From Octopus sinensis (Eukaryota), in contig NC_043002.1 of NCBI RefSeq assembly GCF_006345805.1, positions 54,994,001 through 55,058,000 of the forward strand: a stretch of 64,000 nt of DNA, given 5' to 3'. The position numbers and the translations under genes are program-made. Positions 48,642 through 63,923 of this stretch are shown in pieces (the stretch's first letter is position 1; each line of letters opens with the position of its first letter). The notes under the pieces were generated by a model, which ran no database searches, was not told the DNA's origin, and saw only the letters and a list, made by a program, of their open reading frames with translations.

Positions 48642-50568
48642 GTAAGCAATCAACCATTTTCTAAGAAAACAATGAGTTTCCTCAAGTTTCTTTTATTTTA
48701 TTCTGTTCTTTTTTTTTTCCTTTCTTGTTTGGGTTGGGCAGGTTTGTAAACATTGATATTTTTATGAATTATTGGCAAGTCATAATTTGCATCTGTACGC
48801 ACCTTTTAATGTCAGCTACCCTATTGTGAAGTAAGGGTGGGAATGATCCCTTTTTGGAATGTGCAATATCAGTCATGTAAAAGGAGTGGCCTTTGCTTTA
48901 AACTTGTTATGCAGTTCTCCCTCTGCCTTACAGCAATGAACGACACCTTTTATCTTGTACAATGAGGTAAACAATGTCTTGTTTCTCAGCTTAGCAAAGA
49001 ACCAACTAATACTCAAATACGAATGGTTCATCTCCTCAACTGATGGAGTCCTACTGAATTGATGGTCAGAGCTATGACTTATTGTGTAATTTAGGGGGCG
49101 GGTGGAGGGGCATGAAATTAATCCCTTGAAACAGTTTTAGTTTTAGTTATTCTGAGTTCAAATCCTTCTAGAATTGACTTAACCCTTTATCCCAAGCACC
49201 ATTCGAGCGTGATCGTTATCTGTGTCGCCTTACTGGCACTTGTGCTGGAGGCAAGTGAAAAGACATTGAGTGAGGTTGTTGCCTGTGCCGCTTGACTGGC
49301 TCCTGTGCAGGTGGCACATAAAAAGCAGCATTTGAGCGTGGCCATTGCCAGTACCACCTGACTGGCCCTCGTGCCAGTGGCACGTAAAAGCACCCACTAC
49401 ACTCTGAGTGGTTGGCATTAGGAAGGGCATCCAGCTGTAGAAACTCTACCAGATCAGATTAGAGTGTGGTGCAGCCATCTGGTTTGCCAGACCTCAGTCA
49501 AATCGTCCAACCCATGCTAGCATGGAAAGCGGATGTTAAATGATGATGATAATGATATTGGTTTCAAATTTCTGCATAAGGCCAGCAATTTTGGAGAAGG
49601 ACGCTGGTTGATTACATTGATTCCCAGTGCATGACTGGTACTAGTTTTATCAACCCGAAAGGATGAAAGACAGAGTCAGCGTTGGTGGAATTTGAACTCA
49701 GAGTGTAAAGATGGGCAAAATGCTCCCAAGCATTTTACCTGGCATGCTAACAATTCCTCCATCTTGCCACCTCAGTACCAGTAATATATTACTAAACTGA
49801 GGTATATGCAATTGATTAACACAAGTTATGAATCAACAAGGGCCCTCTTAAAGAATGCAGTGGATGTTGTAGTCCTTGAGATACTTGTAACCGAAAAGAT
49901 GAAAGACAGGCTGGATGGTCACAGATTTTGGATCATAGGTCTGCTCGATGAAGGCTGATATGCAGTTTATACGTTGCTCCTTTAACCTGCAATGATTGCA
50001 TCTCCATCTTGAATATAAAACTTAACAATGTAGGTGCAGGAGCGGCTGTGTGGTAAGAAGCTTGCTTCCCAACCACATAGTTCCAAGTTCAGTCCCACTG
50101 TGTGTCACCTTGGGCAAGTGTCTTCTACTATAGAAAGCCTTGTGAGTGGATTTGGTAGATGAAAACTGAAAGGAGCCTGTCGTATGTATGCATATGTGTG
50201 CATGCGTGTGTGGGTGTGTGTGTGTATTTATCCATAACTTAACGGTTCATCAAAAGAGACTAATAGAATAATGTACAAAGCTTTAAAAAACTAAGTAGTG
50301 GGGTTGATTCATTTGATCAAAACTTCTTGAAGGCAAAATGGCCGAGCATGAAACGAGTAGAAGGGAAAAGAAGAGATAAAAATGGATAGGTAGAAAGGTA
50401 GACAGACAGGTAGATAGATTGCTAGAAAGGTAGATAGAAAGGTACATAGATATGTGGAAAGGTAGATACATAGGTAGATAGATAGAAAGTACCAGTTGCA
50501 TACTGGGGTTGATGTAATCAACTTGTCCCCTCCCACAAATTTCAGGCTTTGTGCCTAGAGTAGAAAGG

Positions 50569-50635
<67 letters not shown>

Positions 50636-51094
50636 TTGTTCTTATGAGTGTGCATGGCCTAGTGGTTAGGGTGTTACACTCCTGATCATGAGATCGTGGT
50701 TTCAATTCCTTGACCGGGTGATGCACTGTATTCTTCAGCAAAACATGTCATCTCGTGCTGCTCTGCGATCACTTTGACACCTGACATGTGGCACACTGTG
50801 CATCTGTTCAGGTAATATTGATTTGATGGAGAGAGTGAGCTCATGTACGGCATATACATTTGATCACAATAAAGAAATTGTTTGTGCAGGTCATTTGGCA
50901 AAAGAGCTGAACACTCACACATCATCATCAATGGATGAGTCCATCATCATCATTATCATCCTCATTATACATATAAGTGAAATCTGAGAAAAAAATTATT
51001 TAGAGCTTGGGCAAATAAAAAGAATTCTTCTTCTTCTTCTCATCATCATCATCCCTCTCCTTCTTAACATTATTGTTATGCTGCTGATCTGGGA

Positions 51095-51535
51095 CTGTTG
51101 TTAGCATTCCAGGTGAAAAGCTTAAGGTGTTTTGTCTGTCTTTATATTCTGAGTTCAAATTCTGTCATGGTCAACTTTGCCTTTCATCCTTTCGGGGTTT
51201 GATAAATTAAGTACCAGTTGCATACTGGGACCGATCTAATCAAGTGGCCCCTCCTCCAAAATTTCTGGCCTTTTACCTTGAGTAGAAAAGATTATTATTA
51301 TTATTATCATTATTAAGGCAGCGATCTGGCAGAACTGTTAGCACAGTGAGCAAAATGCTTAGAAGTATTTCATCTGGCTTTCTGTTCTGAGTTCAAATCC
51401 TTCTGACATTGACTTTGCCTATCACCCTTTTGGGGTCCATGAAGTAAGCACCAGTTGAGCACTGGGGTTGATGTTATCGACTACCTTCTCCTCCACCAAA
51501 TTTCAGGCCTTGTGCCTTTAGAAGAAAGGATTGTT
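51095..51535 (+). mobile_element. Two tandem family B SINEs
   Basis: As 3990-4205. Further copies at 22975-23160, 49560-49780, 58940-59150, 62965-63175, 63290-63480 (-) and 53160-53385 (+). Confidence 0.85.
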
Positions 51536-54173
51536 GTTGTTGTTGTGGCTCCCCCAAATTGTCCCTTTGTGCTTCTCCGCTCAAGCAGAAACATACCTAA
51601 CTAATTACTCTGCTTTCTAACCTGCTGCTTTTTTTAATCTGATCACCCCTCCCCCCACCGAAAACACCCCTCCCAAACGGTCTCCTCCTCCTCCTCCTCC
51701 AAACCCTGACGCCTCTGCACAGCACCACTTTTTCTACTCCCTCTTCTCCTTCTCATTGCCCACCTCTCCCCCCTCCCTATTATTCTGCCTACTGTTTTAT
51801 CACCCCTCCACCTGCACCAGCACACGCTCACACACACACACACACACCACACTCACACTTTTTCCCTTTTTTGATTTTTCTCTCCTCATCATCTGTTTCT
51901 TTCTCTTCCTTTCTAACTCTCCATCTCTTGTTCCCCTCTTTCTCCATTTCTTCACCTTCTCCTCTCTCTTTCCCTCTCTGCTTCTTCCATAATCTTTTCC
52001 TTCTCTTACACCTCTTCTCCACCACACACATACCTTCAATCTCCACTCATGCACACACACCAACATACTCAACCACACCCTCCCCCTCACACACTCATAC
52101 ATATACGCAGACTCACACACACATACACAGGTATGGCTGTAAGGTAAGAAGTTTGCTTCCCAACCACATGGTTTCAAGTTCAGTCTCACTGTGTGGCACC
52201 TTTGGCAAGTGTCTGCTACTATAGCCTCAGGTCAACCAAAGTCTTGTGGGTGGATCTAGTAGATGGAAACTGAAAGAAGCCCATTGCATATATATATATA
52301 TATATATTATATATATGTGTGTGTGTGTGTGTGTTTGTTTCTGCTCTCCACCATCACAGCTTGACCACCAGAGTTGCTGTGTTTACTTTCCTATCACTTA
52401 GTGGTTCAGCAAAAGGGACTGATAGAATAAGTACCAGTCTTTAAAAAAAAAAGTGGTGCCCCAGCATGGCCACAGTCTAATGACTGAAACAAGTAAATCA
52501 TAAAAGATAACTGTTTACTCACATAAACATACCTGCACAACAGACCCTCATTCATAAACATATGCACACTTTGAAGCTCTGGCCTTCATCAATGTTTCTT
52601 GAGAATTTTTGTTTTGATTCATAGAGATGCTGTGTGTGTGTGTGTGTATGGACCCCAATTGTAAACCACTGGGTGAAACAATCTGAATTATGCACACCTT
52701 CAAAAATTTTGGTCTGATTGCAAGGAATGTGCAACAAGTAAAATGTTCCTGAGACAGCCATGGGGCATCCAAAAGTTTATCAAATCTGTGGGGTTTTCCT
52801 CCCACAAGTGTCATCATTTAGACTTTGAATCTTCCTGGTCGAGTTGTTTTGTAGTACAACAACAACAATTACACTGTCTATTCAGGTATTTCATCACTTA
52901 TCATCGTTTGCTGCCATCACCTCTCCATAACACATCAGATGTGTCTTTGTAATAAATGAGCAATTAGAGCTTGACAAAATTTGCTTAATTACCAGGATAA
53001 AATGGTGGAGTGGATGTGAGATTTCATCTACCTTAATGTAATTAATCAGCAGGTGAGACGTGTTTGTGGTTGAACACAATCAAGGTATGGCGTTTATTGT
53101 GGGGCTTCTTTCCATCCTGAACTCTGAATATCATACATTATTTTTGTTACGGTTTTAAGGGCAGCAAGCTGGCAGATTTGTTAGCATGCTAGATAAAATA
53201 TTATGTGGTATTTCGTCCATCTTTGAGTTTATGAGTTCAAATTCAGCCAAGGTTGATTTTTGTCTTTCATCCTTTGTGGGTTGATAAAATATTTACCAGT
53301 TGATTATTGGAAATCAATGTAATCGACTTAGACCCTTCCTCCAAAATCGGTGGCCCTATGCCAAAATTTGAAATCAATATTGAAGTTTCAGTGATGGAGG
53401 CTGATCAAAAAAATTTTTAGAATCTTTGAAATAATGGTTGACCCTTCTCAATAAATTTTTGGCTCTTGAGCTTTGTATTGAGTTGTTTGTTGATGTTTGT
53501 TGTTTTGTATTTTTAAGAACAGGTTATATTCGTCTTCTCCCTTGTTTCAGTCACTAGACTATGGCCATGCTGGGGCACTGCATTGAAGAATTTTAGTCAA
53601 ACAACTTTACCTCAGGACTTGGTTTTTCTTTAAAGTTTGGTGTGTGTCTGCAGACTGACAGCAGTAAAAGATAAACACATGCGCAAAATTTAGAGTTCTA
53701 TGTCCCCCACCACCAAAAAAAAAAAATGTATTGGTGAGGCTGAGACTCAGTGGAAGCCACTTGATGAAGAGGATGTTGTGTTTCTGTTTTTATATTTTTG
53801 ACTGAGTGCCATCTTTGGGAGATGAAGGTTTATTGTCTGTTGCATTGAGTCATCATCATCATTTAATGCCCATGTTCCATTCTTGCATGGGTGGGATGGT
53901 GCCACAAGAGCCAGCTAGGCTGAAGCCTGCACCAGACTTCTGTGACTGTTTTGGCAGGATTTTTACAGCTGGATGCCTTTCCTAATACCAACCACTCAGC
54001 AGAGAGGACTTGGTGCTTTTTACGTGGCACAAGCACAGTGGAGGTCAATTTTGGCAAGGCTTTTACAGAGTCCTGGAAATTAAGTAGAGCAATGTTGACT
54101 TGAGTAGGATTTGAACTCAAATTTTGAAAGGATGTAACTAAATGTCACAAGTTATAGGTTGTGTCAGTTTACA

Positions 54174-54218
<45 letters not shown>

Positions 54219-54233
54219 GTGTATGTGTATTTA

Positions 54234-54280
<47 letters not shown>

Positions 54281-54300
54281 TATGTAAACGTATGTGTGTG

Positions 54301-54335
<35 letters not shown>

Positions 54336-54388
54336 GTGTATATATATGTATATATAATTTGTAAACGTGTGTGTGTGTGTATGTATGT

Positions 54389-54438
<50 letters not shown>

Positions 54439-54841
54439 TACATATACCAACTGATGTTGGTGTGTTTACATCCCTGTAACTTAGTGGTTCGGCAAATGGA
54501 CCAATAGAATAAATACTAAGCTTGCAAAGAATAAGTCCTGGGGTCAATTTTTTTGACTGAAGGTGGTACTCCGTCATGGCTGCAGTCAAATGACCGAAAC
54601 AAGTAAAAGAGTAAGAACGTGTATATTTATATATAATGTTTTTTAATGTACACACACACACACACACACACACGTATGTTCTTTCCACCCGGGCTTGCTT
54701 CACTGCTAGCTTATTGCACTTATTCACACCAACAGCATTATGTCTATTTTTGTCATCCTGTTTCATCACATGTCCATACAAGCGAGAGTGGTGTTGTCTC
54801 TTCTCCTCCCACCAACCCGACCACAGTCTCTCTCTTTCTCG

Positions 54842-54873
<32 letters not shown>

Positions 54874-54986
54874 TTTTGATACTTCCTCAACTTCTTTCTT
54901 GCTGTATTCAAGATTCCATTGCATCGCCATGGAAAGACTTGATACACCCAGACGTCCAGTGAATGTGTCTCTGGTCTGTCTGTCTG

Positions 54987-55020
<34 letters not shown>

Positions 55021-55709
55021 TGCTTGTATATTTGTCTCTTGTGTTTCACAAGTGATAGGCTGTGTCTCTGGACAGTGGATGTTTAGCTTATGAAGGACTG
55101 CGATGATTGTGTTAAAACAACTGACCTGCTTGCTTGTAGGTTATGGGTTCAAATCCACTCAATGGATTTTGTTGTTTTGAAGCAAAATCATTTCATAACA
55201 CTACATTGCCTTAGTTTCCCTTAGTTCTTTTACAAATAGGCAGAGAAACCATTATCTGGGAATTTTACCTGAGATAGGCTGGTGTCCGTTCAAGGAGCAG
55301 ATTTATTTAACAAAAATGAGTCTTACCTATGTGTCGAAGGGCCAGCTTTATCACACTAAATCTCTCATGTCTGTGGAGTGCTCAGCCACTTGCATGTTAA
55401 TTTCACGAGCAGGCTGTTCCATTGATTGGATCAACTGGAACCCTCGTTGTCGTAACCGATGAAGTGCCAGTTTTTCTGTTTTGTATACATGAGCAGGGAG
55501 TTCTAATGTATTGTATTGCATAAGCGATTAAGCACCAGTCTTGTTATTTAAAAGAAATGTTATTTTTTTTTCCATATATCAATAGGAGTAATCATTCAAG
55601 TGGAAAACAAGCATCCACTTATGTGTGCAAGCTGTGCACCCTTTTATTTTCAGTTCGCTCTCTGCAAAGAAATAATGCTGTTGCCATCTTTTGTGTTGTT
55701 TTTGTCAAG

Positions 55710-55785
55710 AGAGGAGAGGGAAAGGAAAGAGGAGGAGAGGGAAAGGAAAGAGGAGGAGAGGGAAAGGAAAGAGGAGGAGAAGGAG
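55710..55785. repeat. 18-bp purine minisatellite (GAGGAGAGGGAAAGGAAA)
   Basis: About 4 near-perfect units. Confidence 0.9.
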
Positions 55786-57384
55786 ACCAAATTCTACCAT
55801 CAGGCCATTCATTCATTCATTGAAAAGCTCTGAACCTTGTTTAAAACCCCACTCATTTATGGTAATTGTTTGGTCCAAGCTGCTTCCCTTGATCAACAAT
55901 TTGTGATGGAAGGCCACCACAGCAGTTCATCTTCTGTCCCCCTTCTCTCTCTCCTTCCTTCCCTCCCTTTTATATTCAGTTTCATTTTTTACATTATGGA
56001 GTCACAGTGGATGATAATCCTCCCCACCCACTCTCTCTCCTAAATATCTCCCTCCCTCCCTCCCTTGTCTTGTTTTAATTATTGTTTAGCCACAACTCAA
56101 CCTTGATTGAGCAGAAGTTCAAGCTGTTACCTGCCTCTGTTTTATTGTTTTTTATTTGTTTTTTAAAAGTAGTGTGGCTGTGTGGTAGCTACAGGATTCC
56201 AGGTTCAGTCCTATGGTGTTCACTTTGGGCAAGTGTCTTCTATTATAGCCTCGGGTCAACCAAAACCTTGTAAGTGGATTTAGATGGAACCTGAAAGAAG
56301 CCCATTGTGTGTGTGTGTGTGTGTATGTGCGTGCATGCACACGTGTGCATGGTGTCTGTGTCTGTTTGTCCCTCATCCACTACATGACAACCAGTGTTAG
56401 TGTATTTACATCCCCATAACTTAGCAGTTCGGCAAAACAGACTGATAGAAATAAGTATCAGGCTTAGAAAAGAAATAAGTCCTGGGTTTGATTCATTCAA
56501 CTGAAATTTCCTGAAGGTGGTGCCCCAGCATGACCGCAATCTTATGACTGAAACAAGTAAAAGATAGAATATGGAAAGGAGGTTATTGCAGTGGGGTTGA
56601 TGGCTGAGTGGTTGAGAAGATTGACTTTCAACTACAAAGCTGTAGGTTCAATCCCATTGCTTGCTGTCTTGGGCTAATGTTATTTTCTGTTGCTTAAACT
56701 TGCTCCATACCTTGTGAGTTAATGAGAACTGTACCACAGTGCACCAGGTGTATCATACCTGTAATTCCAACAGTCCAACTGTGTCATGCTGATTTCTACC
56801 TGAGATTTATTTTAAGGTTACCTGTGTCTGTGGAGCAGTCCTTCAGTTCAAGGGCATTGTTATCATCATTTAACCTCTATTTTCCATGCTGGATGGTTTG
56901 ACAAGAGCTGGCAAACCAGAGAGCTGCACCAGGCTCCAGTTATCTGTTTTGGTAAGGATTCTGTGACTGGATGCCCTTCATAATACCAACAACTTTTCTG
57001 AGTGAACTGGGGGCTTTTTATGTGGTGCAAGTATAGGTGCTTGTTATGTGCTACCAGCACCAGTGCTTTGAGGGTATTTTAGCTGCTGTTTCTTATATTT
57101 TGGACAATTAATTAGAGGTTGTCATGATGATGGGCTACAGAATTAGTAAAATGTCGGACAAAATACATTCTTTTAGATTTTGAGGAAACCTCTTGCATTG
57201 ACTTTGACCTTTTATCATTCTGAAAAGACAAAATAAGTTCCACCCAAACTGCCGAGGAAACTTTAAGTCCTTGTCTCCCTTCATGAGAAATCTGTGGTCA
57301 TGCACTGACCACTGGCAGCAGCAATGTTTATTATTTTGGTTTTTGATCCAGAAGTGTTTGAGTGTGTGTGCACGCGTGCGTGCA

Positions 57385-57503
57385 TGCCTATCTATCTACC
57401 TATCTATCTATCTACCTATCTATCTATCTACCTATCTATCTATCTATCTACCTATCTATCTATCTACCTACCTACCTACCTATCTATCTACCTATCTATC
57501 TAC

Positions 57504-57580
<77 letters not shown>

Positions 57581-57610
57581 AGTTTATCTATCTATCTATT
57601 TATCTGCCTG
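57385..57610. repeat. (TATC/TACC)n microsatellite
   Basis: Directly visible. Confidence 0.95.
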
Positions 57611-57707
57611 CCTGCCTGCCTATCCCCCAATCTCTTTATCTACCTATCTGTTTATCTGTGTGTGTGGGATATATGTGGGTGTAAATGTTTGCATATGTGT
57701 GTATGTA

Positions 57708-57746
<39 letters not shown>

Positions 57747-57796
57747 CATGTAACGATATATATATATATATATATATAGCATATCCGCTCGCGTTG

Positions 57797-57926
57797 CTCG
57801 GGTTGTAAGGGAAATAACTATATAAGCATTTTTAGAGAGTTATAGCCAAAAAATAGGAAAAAAACTGCATTAAAAATTGAAAAAAAATAAGGTAAATTTT
57901 TTTTAAAATCGTTGACACATCGTAGA
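57797..57926 (+). mobile_element. Probable non-autonomous Helitron-like 5' end, truncated by the gap
   Basis: TAGCATATCCGCTCGCGTTGCTCGGG start resembles the CTAGC...CCCGGCGTTGCTCGGG termini of small Helitron-like repeats (recall); inserted in (TA)n. Confidence 0.5.
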
Positions 57927-58026
57927 NNNNNNNNNNNNNNNNNNNNNNNNNNNNNNNNNNNNNNNNNNNNNNNNNNNNNNNNNNNNNNNNNNNNNNNNNN
58001 NNNNNNNNNNNNNNNNNNNNNNNNNN
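57927..58026. other. Assembly gap (100 N)
   Basis: Run of exactly 100 N, typical of a scaffolding placeholder. Confidence 1.
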
Positions 58027-61000
58027 GCAGTAATAATAATAAATAATAATAATGATAATAATAATAATAACAACTGCAGTTGGGTGTTGGCTGAAGGTTC
58101 AGTCACAAGAAAGGTATCAGAGCATAAGTATGTGTGTGTGTGTGTGTGCTAGTGAGGGTGTATGTGTGTGTGTACAGTGAGAATATGTGTGTGTGCAGTG
58201 AGAATGTGTGTGTGTGTGTGTGTGCTTGTGTGTATGCAGTGAGGGTGTATGTGTGTGTGCAGTGAGGATGTATGTGTGTGTGTGTGTGTGTACAGTGAGT
58301 GTGTATCTGTTTGTGTGTGTGCGTGTGCAGTGAGTGTGTAGGTATGTGCATACATGTGTGTGCAGTGGGGGTGTGTGTGTACATGCAAAAATGTGTGTCT
58401 GGGTAGTGAGGGTGTATGTGTGTGTGCGTGTGGCATGGCCAAATTGTTAAGAAGTTGATTTTACTATCCCAAGGCTTTGGGTTCAATCCTGTCCATCATC
58501 ACCTTGACTTGACCTTGTTATTGGAATCAGGGGTGGATTCAGGGTAGATTCTACCTGTAATTGTGTCTGAGTGATTGAGCTTGCCTTGTCAACCCCTCCC
58601 CCCACACACTGTGTCATGTTGGCTCTGCTTGACGATTGCATTAAGGTTGCACAACATGTGACCATGAAATACTCAACCACTTATGCACACAGTTCAGTTG
58701 ATTGAAAAACTAAACGATCATTATTGATGAGCATCAATAGAGATCCATTTTACACACACACACACACACACACATACATACACACACACACACAGATTTA
58801 CATATGTATTATTATTATTATTATTAGTAGTAGTATTAATTGGCAGAAGTTCCAAAGGGATTCAAGGATAAAGTTTCATGTAAGGCATGAACTGTAACGT
58901 TTGCTGCTGCTGCTGATGATGATAATAATAATAATAATAATAATCCTTTCTGCTGGAGGCACAAAGGCCTCAAATTTGGTGGGGTGGGGACTAGTTGATT
59001 ACATTGACCCCAGTGTTTCAGTGGTACTTAATTTATCGACCTTGAAAGGATGAAAAGCAAAGTCATCCTGGGTGGAATTTGAACTCAGCATAGCGACGGG
59101 TGAAATACCGCTAAGCGTTTCGTCCAGTGTGCTAATGATTCTGCCGGCTTAATAATAATAATTATGATAATAACATTAATAATTATGATTTCTTTATTAA
59201 CCACAAGGTTTTACACTAAGAAAAACATTATGGACACACCTTTAGTGTGTGTTGCAATTAGTAGGTATTTGCTAATTGACGACTTGCTAATCGTTAGGTA
59301 GGTGTGTGGCAGGTATGATTGAAGGGTAAATATATAGCAAGCTAAAAGTGGGTGTGGCAAACTGGTGTCTGGAGTGAATGTTTCTGTCGACTCAGGTTGA
59401 CTGTTTTTTTCTGATGATGGGATGGGTGGGGTGGGTGGAGAGCAGATGATGTGAGTGTTGGTGTTTGTAGTGGTGGCCTACAGTCATAAACATTCCAGCC
59501 ATGACCTTCTCTTCTTACTATATATATGCACAACTAAATTGTTCAATACATCCTTATTCTTTGTTTTCCTCCCAGTAGGGTGTGACCTAAGGAAGATTTG
59601 GCTGCTATTATTAGCTGGTTGAGGGAATCCTGTACATGGCTTCTGATAGCAGTTGGGATGTGGTGGTGATGGGGGTGATGAGGATAGTAGTCATGGTGAT
59701 GGTGAATATTGTTGCCATGGTGACGGTGGTAGTTGTTATAGTAGTGGTAATTGTAGAACTGGTGGTGGTTGCAGCAGCTGTTGTTGTAGTATAGAGACAC
59801 ATTGCTGCACCATTTTTGACTCTCATAAGAAAATGGAAGAGTCAGGGAGCGTTGTGGTGGTGGAAGGTATCTCGAGGATGGGTGGGCAGGACAGGGATCT
59901 GGAGTTGGGAGTCGAGGTGGGGCTGGAGGGTTCATTGGACAGCTAATGATTGTGCAGACTGGGTGTCGACGGTGAGGATGGGCGTGGGGGGGGGGGTTGT
60001 CTGGACAGTAAAACTGGACAAACAGACAAATAGATAGACAGATAGACATACCAGCTGTTTTATGAGAAACAGCTACGAAATTCGCAGTTGTGGCATCGGT
60101 GGTGGTGATGGTGAGAGGTAGGTCTAAGTATTGATTGTAGTGATGATGTTGATGATGGCAGTGGTGGTCTTCGTTAGGGTTGGGGACTGTGTTTAAGTGT
60201 TTACTCTGCAAGTCAGGGCCCCCTGACCAAGCAGAGAGAATTGAAAACATTTTTTAGCCAAGTCCATGTTTAAATTCATTTTTCTTTAAGCAATGTAGCA
60301 GTGTATCTTGGATAACGTGACCCAATGTGTCTTTTTTTTTTTAAAAAAGGGTGTGTCCTTATGTAAAATGTAGGTATTTGGCTGCTGTTTCTAACAGGTG
60401 GAACAACCATACAAAGTCCACTTTGGGGTGGGTGAAGTTATCCAAAGGAGAGAGGTGGAGCTTAATGGTGGTGGTAGGAGGAATAAGGAATGAGTTAGTT
60501 GATGGTGAGATGGTGGTGATGGTAGGCAAGAGGTTTGAAAGAAGGAAGTTGGAGGGAGATTCAGAGAGGGAGGGGGAGCAATTAGGAAAAGAGAGGGAGA
60601 AGAGGAAAGAGAATTAGTGAGAGGCAGAAGTTGATAGCAGGTGGTGGGAGGAGAGAGAGAGAGAGAGATAGAGAGGATAAGAAATGAGAGTGAAGGGAGG
60701 CAGGTAGCCAGTAAAGAGGGTGAGAGAAGGTCAGGGAGAATATATTTATGAGTAGAGAGAGGGGAAGAGAGAGAGACAGAAAAGAGAGAAGTGGTAGAGG
60801 AGGAGAGAGAGATTGAGAGGGTGAGTTAGAGCGACATAGAGAGGGTGAGAAATGAGAGTGAGGGGAGGCAGGTAGCAACTAGAGAGAGAGAGAGAGAGAG
60901 AGAAGGTCAGGGAGAATATATTTATGAGAGAGAGAGGGGGTCAGGGAGAATATATTTATGAGAGAGAAAGAGAGAGAGAGAGAAGGAAGTGGTGGTGGTG

Positions 61001-61614
61001 GGGGAGAGGAGGAGGTTGCTTGGTTGGCAACTCTGATAAAAGGAAGAAGATAAAAGCTGGTCTTTATTGGCAGAGAGAGAAATATGTTTATCATTTCAGT
61101 GAGTGGCAGGCAGCAACATGTTGATGTTTGGGTCGAGCAGACTGACGGACTGACGGACTGACAAGGCAGGCGGACTGACGGACAGACATGGCAAGCAGGG
61201 CCTCTTTTTTCGGCTACTGGATGATTGGCGGGGGGGGGGGGAGAGGTTTAGTTAGCTGGGAGGCTGGCTGGTTGGCTGGTCGGTTGGTTGCTCCTCCCTT
61301 TAAATACACATCAATACATTTTGTGTGTGTGTGTGTGTGCACACGCATGTACACACACACACGAATGCATATATCTAAAAAAAATAAAAGAATATGTATA
61401 TGGTAGGCTTCTTTAAGCTTTTAGCTTTTAAACCGGCCATATCCAGCTCAAATATTCTAGTTTTATGTTCAAACTGACCAGATTTGGCCTCTCGCACATA
61501 TCCTGCAATGTCATTCTAAGAATGAAGAATCACATCTTGAACATCTGAAAGCTACGAGATAATGCATGATTAATCCTTGGATGGTAGGGCTGGCAAATAA
61601 AGTGAGTCCACAGC

Positions 61615-62010
61615 TGTAACCTACACCAGTGTCGCATAACCAGCCCACTCAAAAGTACCTTGGATCGTAGGGCAACATGCTTTGCTTGAGGAGACCTATT
61701 GAGTCAAGTACATCAAAATCAAATGGAAATTGTAGTTGTGATACCCGAGCCAGTAGCACCATCTGAACGTGGCCAATGCCAGTGCCGCTTTGACTGGCTT
61801 CTGTGCCAGTGGCACATAAAAAGCACCATCTGATCATGGTTGATGCCAGCTTCTCTTGCCCCCTGTGCTGGTGGCATGTAAAAAGCACCCACTATACTCT
61901 CGGAGTGGTTGGCATTAGGAAGGGCATCCAGCTATAGAAACACTGCCAGATCAGACTGGAGCCTTGTACAGCCTCCTGGCTTCCCAGGCTCCAGTCGAAC
62001 CGTCCAACCC
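61615..62010 (+). mobile_element. Family C element preceded by a LINE-3'-like segment
   Basis: GGATCGTAGGGCAACATGCTTTGCTTGAGGAGACCTATTGAGTCAAG, then subrepeats and the TTAGGAAGGGCATCCAGC core. Confidence 0.8.
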
Positions 62011-63221
62011 AGTAATGGTGCCCCAGCATGGCCACAGTTCAGTGACTAAAAGCAATAAAAGAACACAAGGAGAGAAAAAAAAAAGAGAGCTGCAGACATG
62101 ACTTTTATTTGTACACACACACGCACACACAAACACACACACACACACATGCACACACAGATGCACCATTGTAAATGTGTGTGTCTGTTTGCATGTTGTC
62201 TATGTCCTCCTTTCACATGTCTGTCTGTATGTATGTGTGTGTGTGTGTTTGTAAATGTGTATGTTTGTAAATGTGTATGTGTCTGCATATTTGTGTTTGT
62301 GTGTGTCTGCTATAAAATCCCGGGTGAAGCTGTTAAGCATCTGTTACACGCCACCAGAAGATATTTCACCAATACAGATCAATATTTATCAAACAACAAA
62401 TAACTCGATTCAGTGCTGTTTTATTTCCTCCTCTTCTGTCTCTTTCTGACCTCCCATCACTACAAATACGAAACCCCTACCTGGTTGCTTGACGTGCTAG
62501 AAATAACAACCACATTTTCCCAGGAAAAGACATTGGAATCTCTGTGTAGTCACACTGACCCCCTAAAATAGTTGGTATGGTCATAAATGGAATGCTTTCA
62601 CTAAGTCTGGTCTGACCTAAGGTTCACCACCACCCTAACCCTAACCCACCACCACTGCCTTATTACTGCTTGTTTCTAGTAATCAATATAAACCCTCCCC
62701 CATCCACCCGCTTCCTCTGTTGTGGTTAAGGTTTCAATTTGTATTGAATCCATTATTGGCTGCTTGGGACAGTTGACACCTCTCACCTGCAGAAGCAATG
62801 TCATGACCTTCTCAATGGAAAATGAAGAGAACAAAAGAAAGGAATAAAGAAAAAGAATGGCGGTGGCAGCGGCGATGGTGGTGGTGGTGGTGGTAGTAGT
62901 AGCTGAAGAAGAAGAAGAAAAAAATACTGGCAATATTTCAGTCCTCCTCAAACTCATAATAATTTTGAATTTTAGCACAAGGCCAGCAATTTTCATGGAA
63001 GGGGTTAAGTTGATTGCGTCTACTCCAGTACATGACTGGTGCTTTATTTTATTGACCCCCAAAAGAATGAAAGACAAAGTTGGAACTTGGTAGAATTTGA
63101 ACTTGGAACATAAAAATGGACAAAATGCTGCTAAATATTTTGTCTGACATGCTAACTATTCTGCAAGCTCCCTGCATTAATAATAATAATCATTATTATT
63201 ATGGTAATAATAATAATTATG

Positions 63222-63253
<32 letters not shown>

Positions 63254-63632
63254 TATAATAATATCATCGAAAAATACCCACAAGGACAGCCATTTTAGGG
63301 GGAGCAGACTAATCGATCATATCAGCTCCAGTGTTTCACTGGTACTTAATTTATCAACCCTAAAAGGATGAAAGGCAAAGTCAACCTTGGAGGAATTTGA
63401 ACTCAGAACATAGTGATGGGCGAAATACCGCTAAGCATTTTGTCCACCGTTCTAATGATTCTACCAGCTAGCCGCCATAAATAATAATAATAATAATGAT
63501 GATGATGATGATAATAATAATGCTTATGCCTGGTGTACCCTTATCAGATGGGTAGTCATGATGGGCATTCTGGGCTTTGTATATTTTACCCCAGTGTCAC
63601 TTTGATGGCATAATTTGCTCTCTCACTCAATA

Positions 63633-63678
<46 letters not shown>

Positions 63679-63923
63679 TAATAATGATGATGATGTTTCT
63701 AATTTAGGCACAAGGCCTGAAATTTTGTGGGGAAAGTTTAGTTCAATACAGCCAACTTCAGTACTTGACTGATATTCTGCTGCTTTTTATCCTTTCAGGA
63801 TTGACAAAACAAAGTCAATCTTGGCAGGAATTGAACTTAGATACAAGCAGCGAACTCAGCAGTGAACTCAGTCTGACTTGGCTGTCTCATGCTGTTACAA
63901 ACATCCTCAACAATAAAACTCAC

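Noticed and set aside
59543-60250. 235-aa minus-strand His/Pro/Thr-rich ORF
   Set aside because: Starts at TTG and is composed of degenerate trinucleotide repeats; no domain.
62634-62647. CCCTAACCCTAACCC interstitial telomeric repeat
   Set aside because: Only about 2.5 units; not informative.
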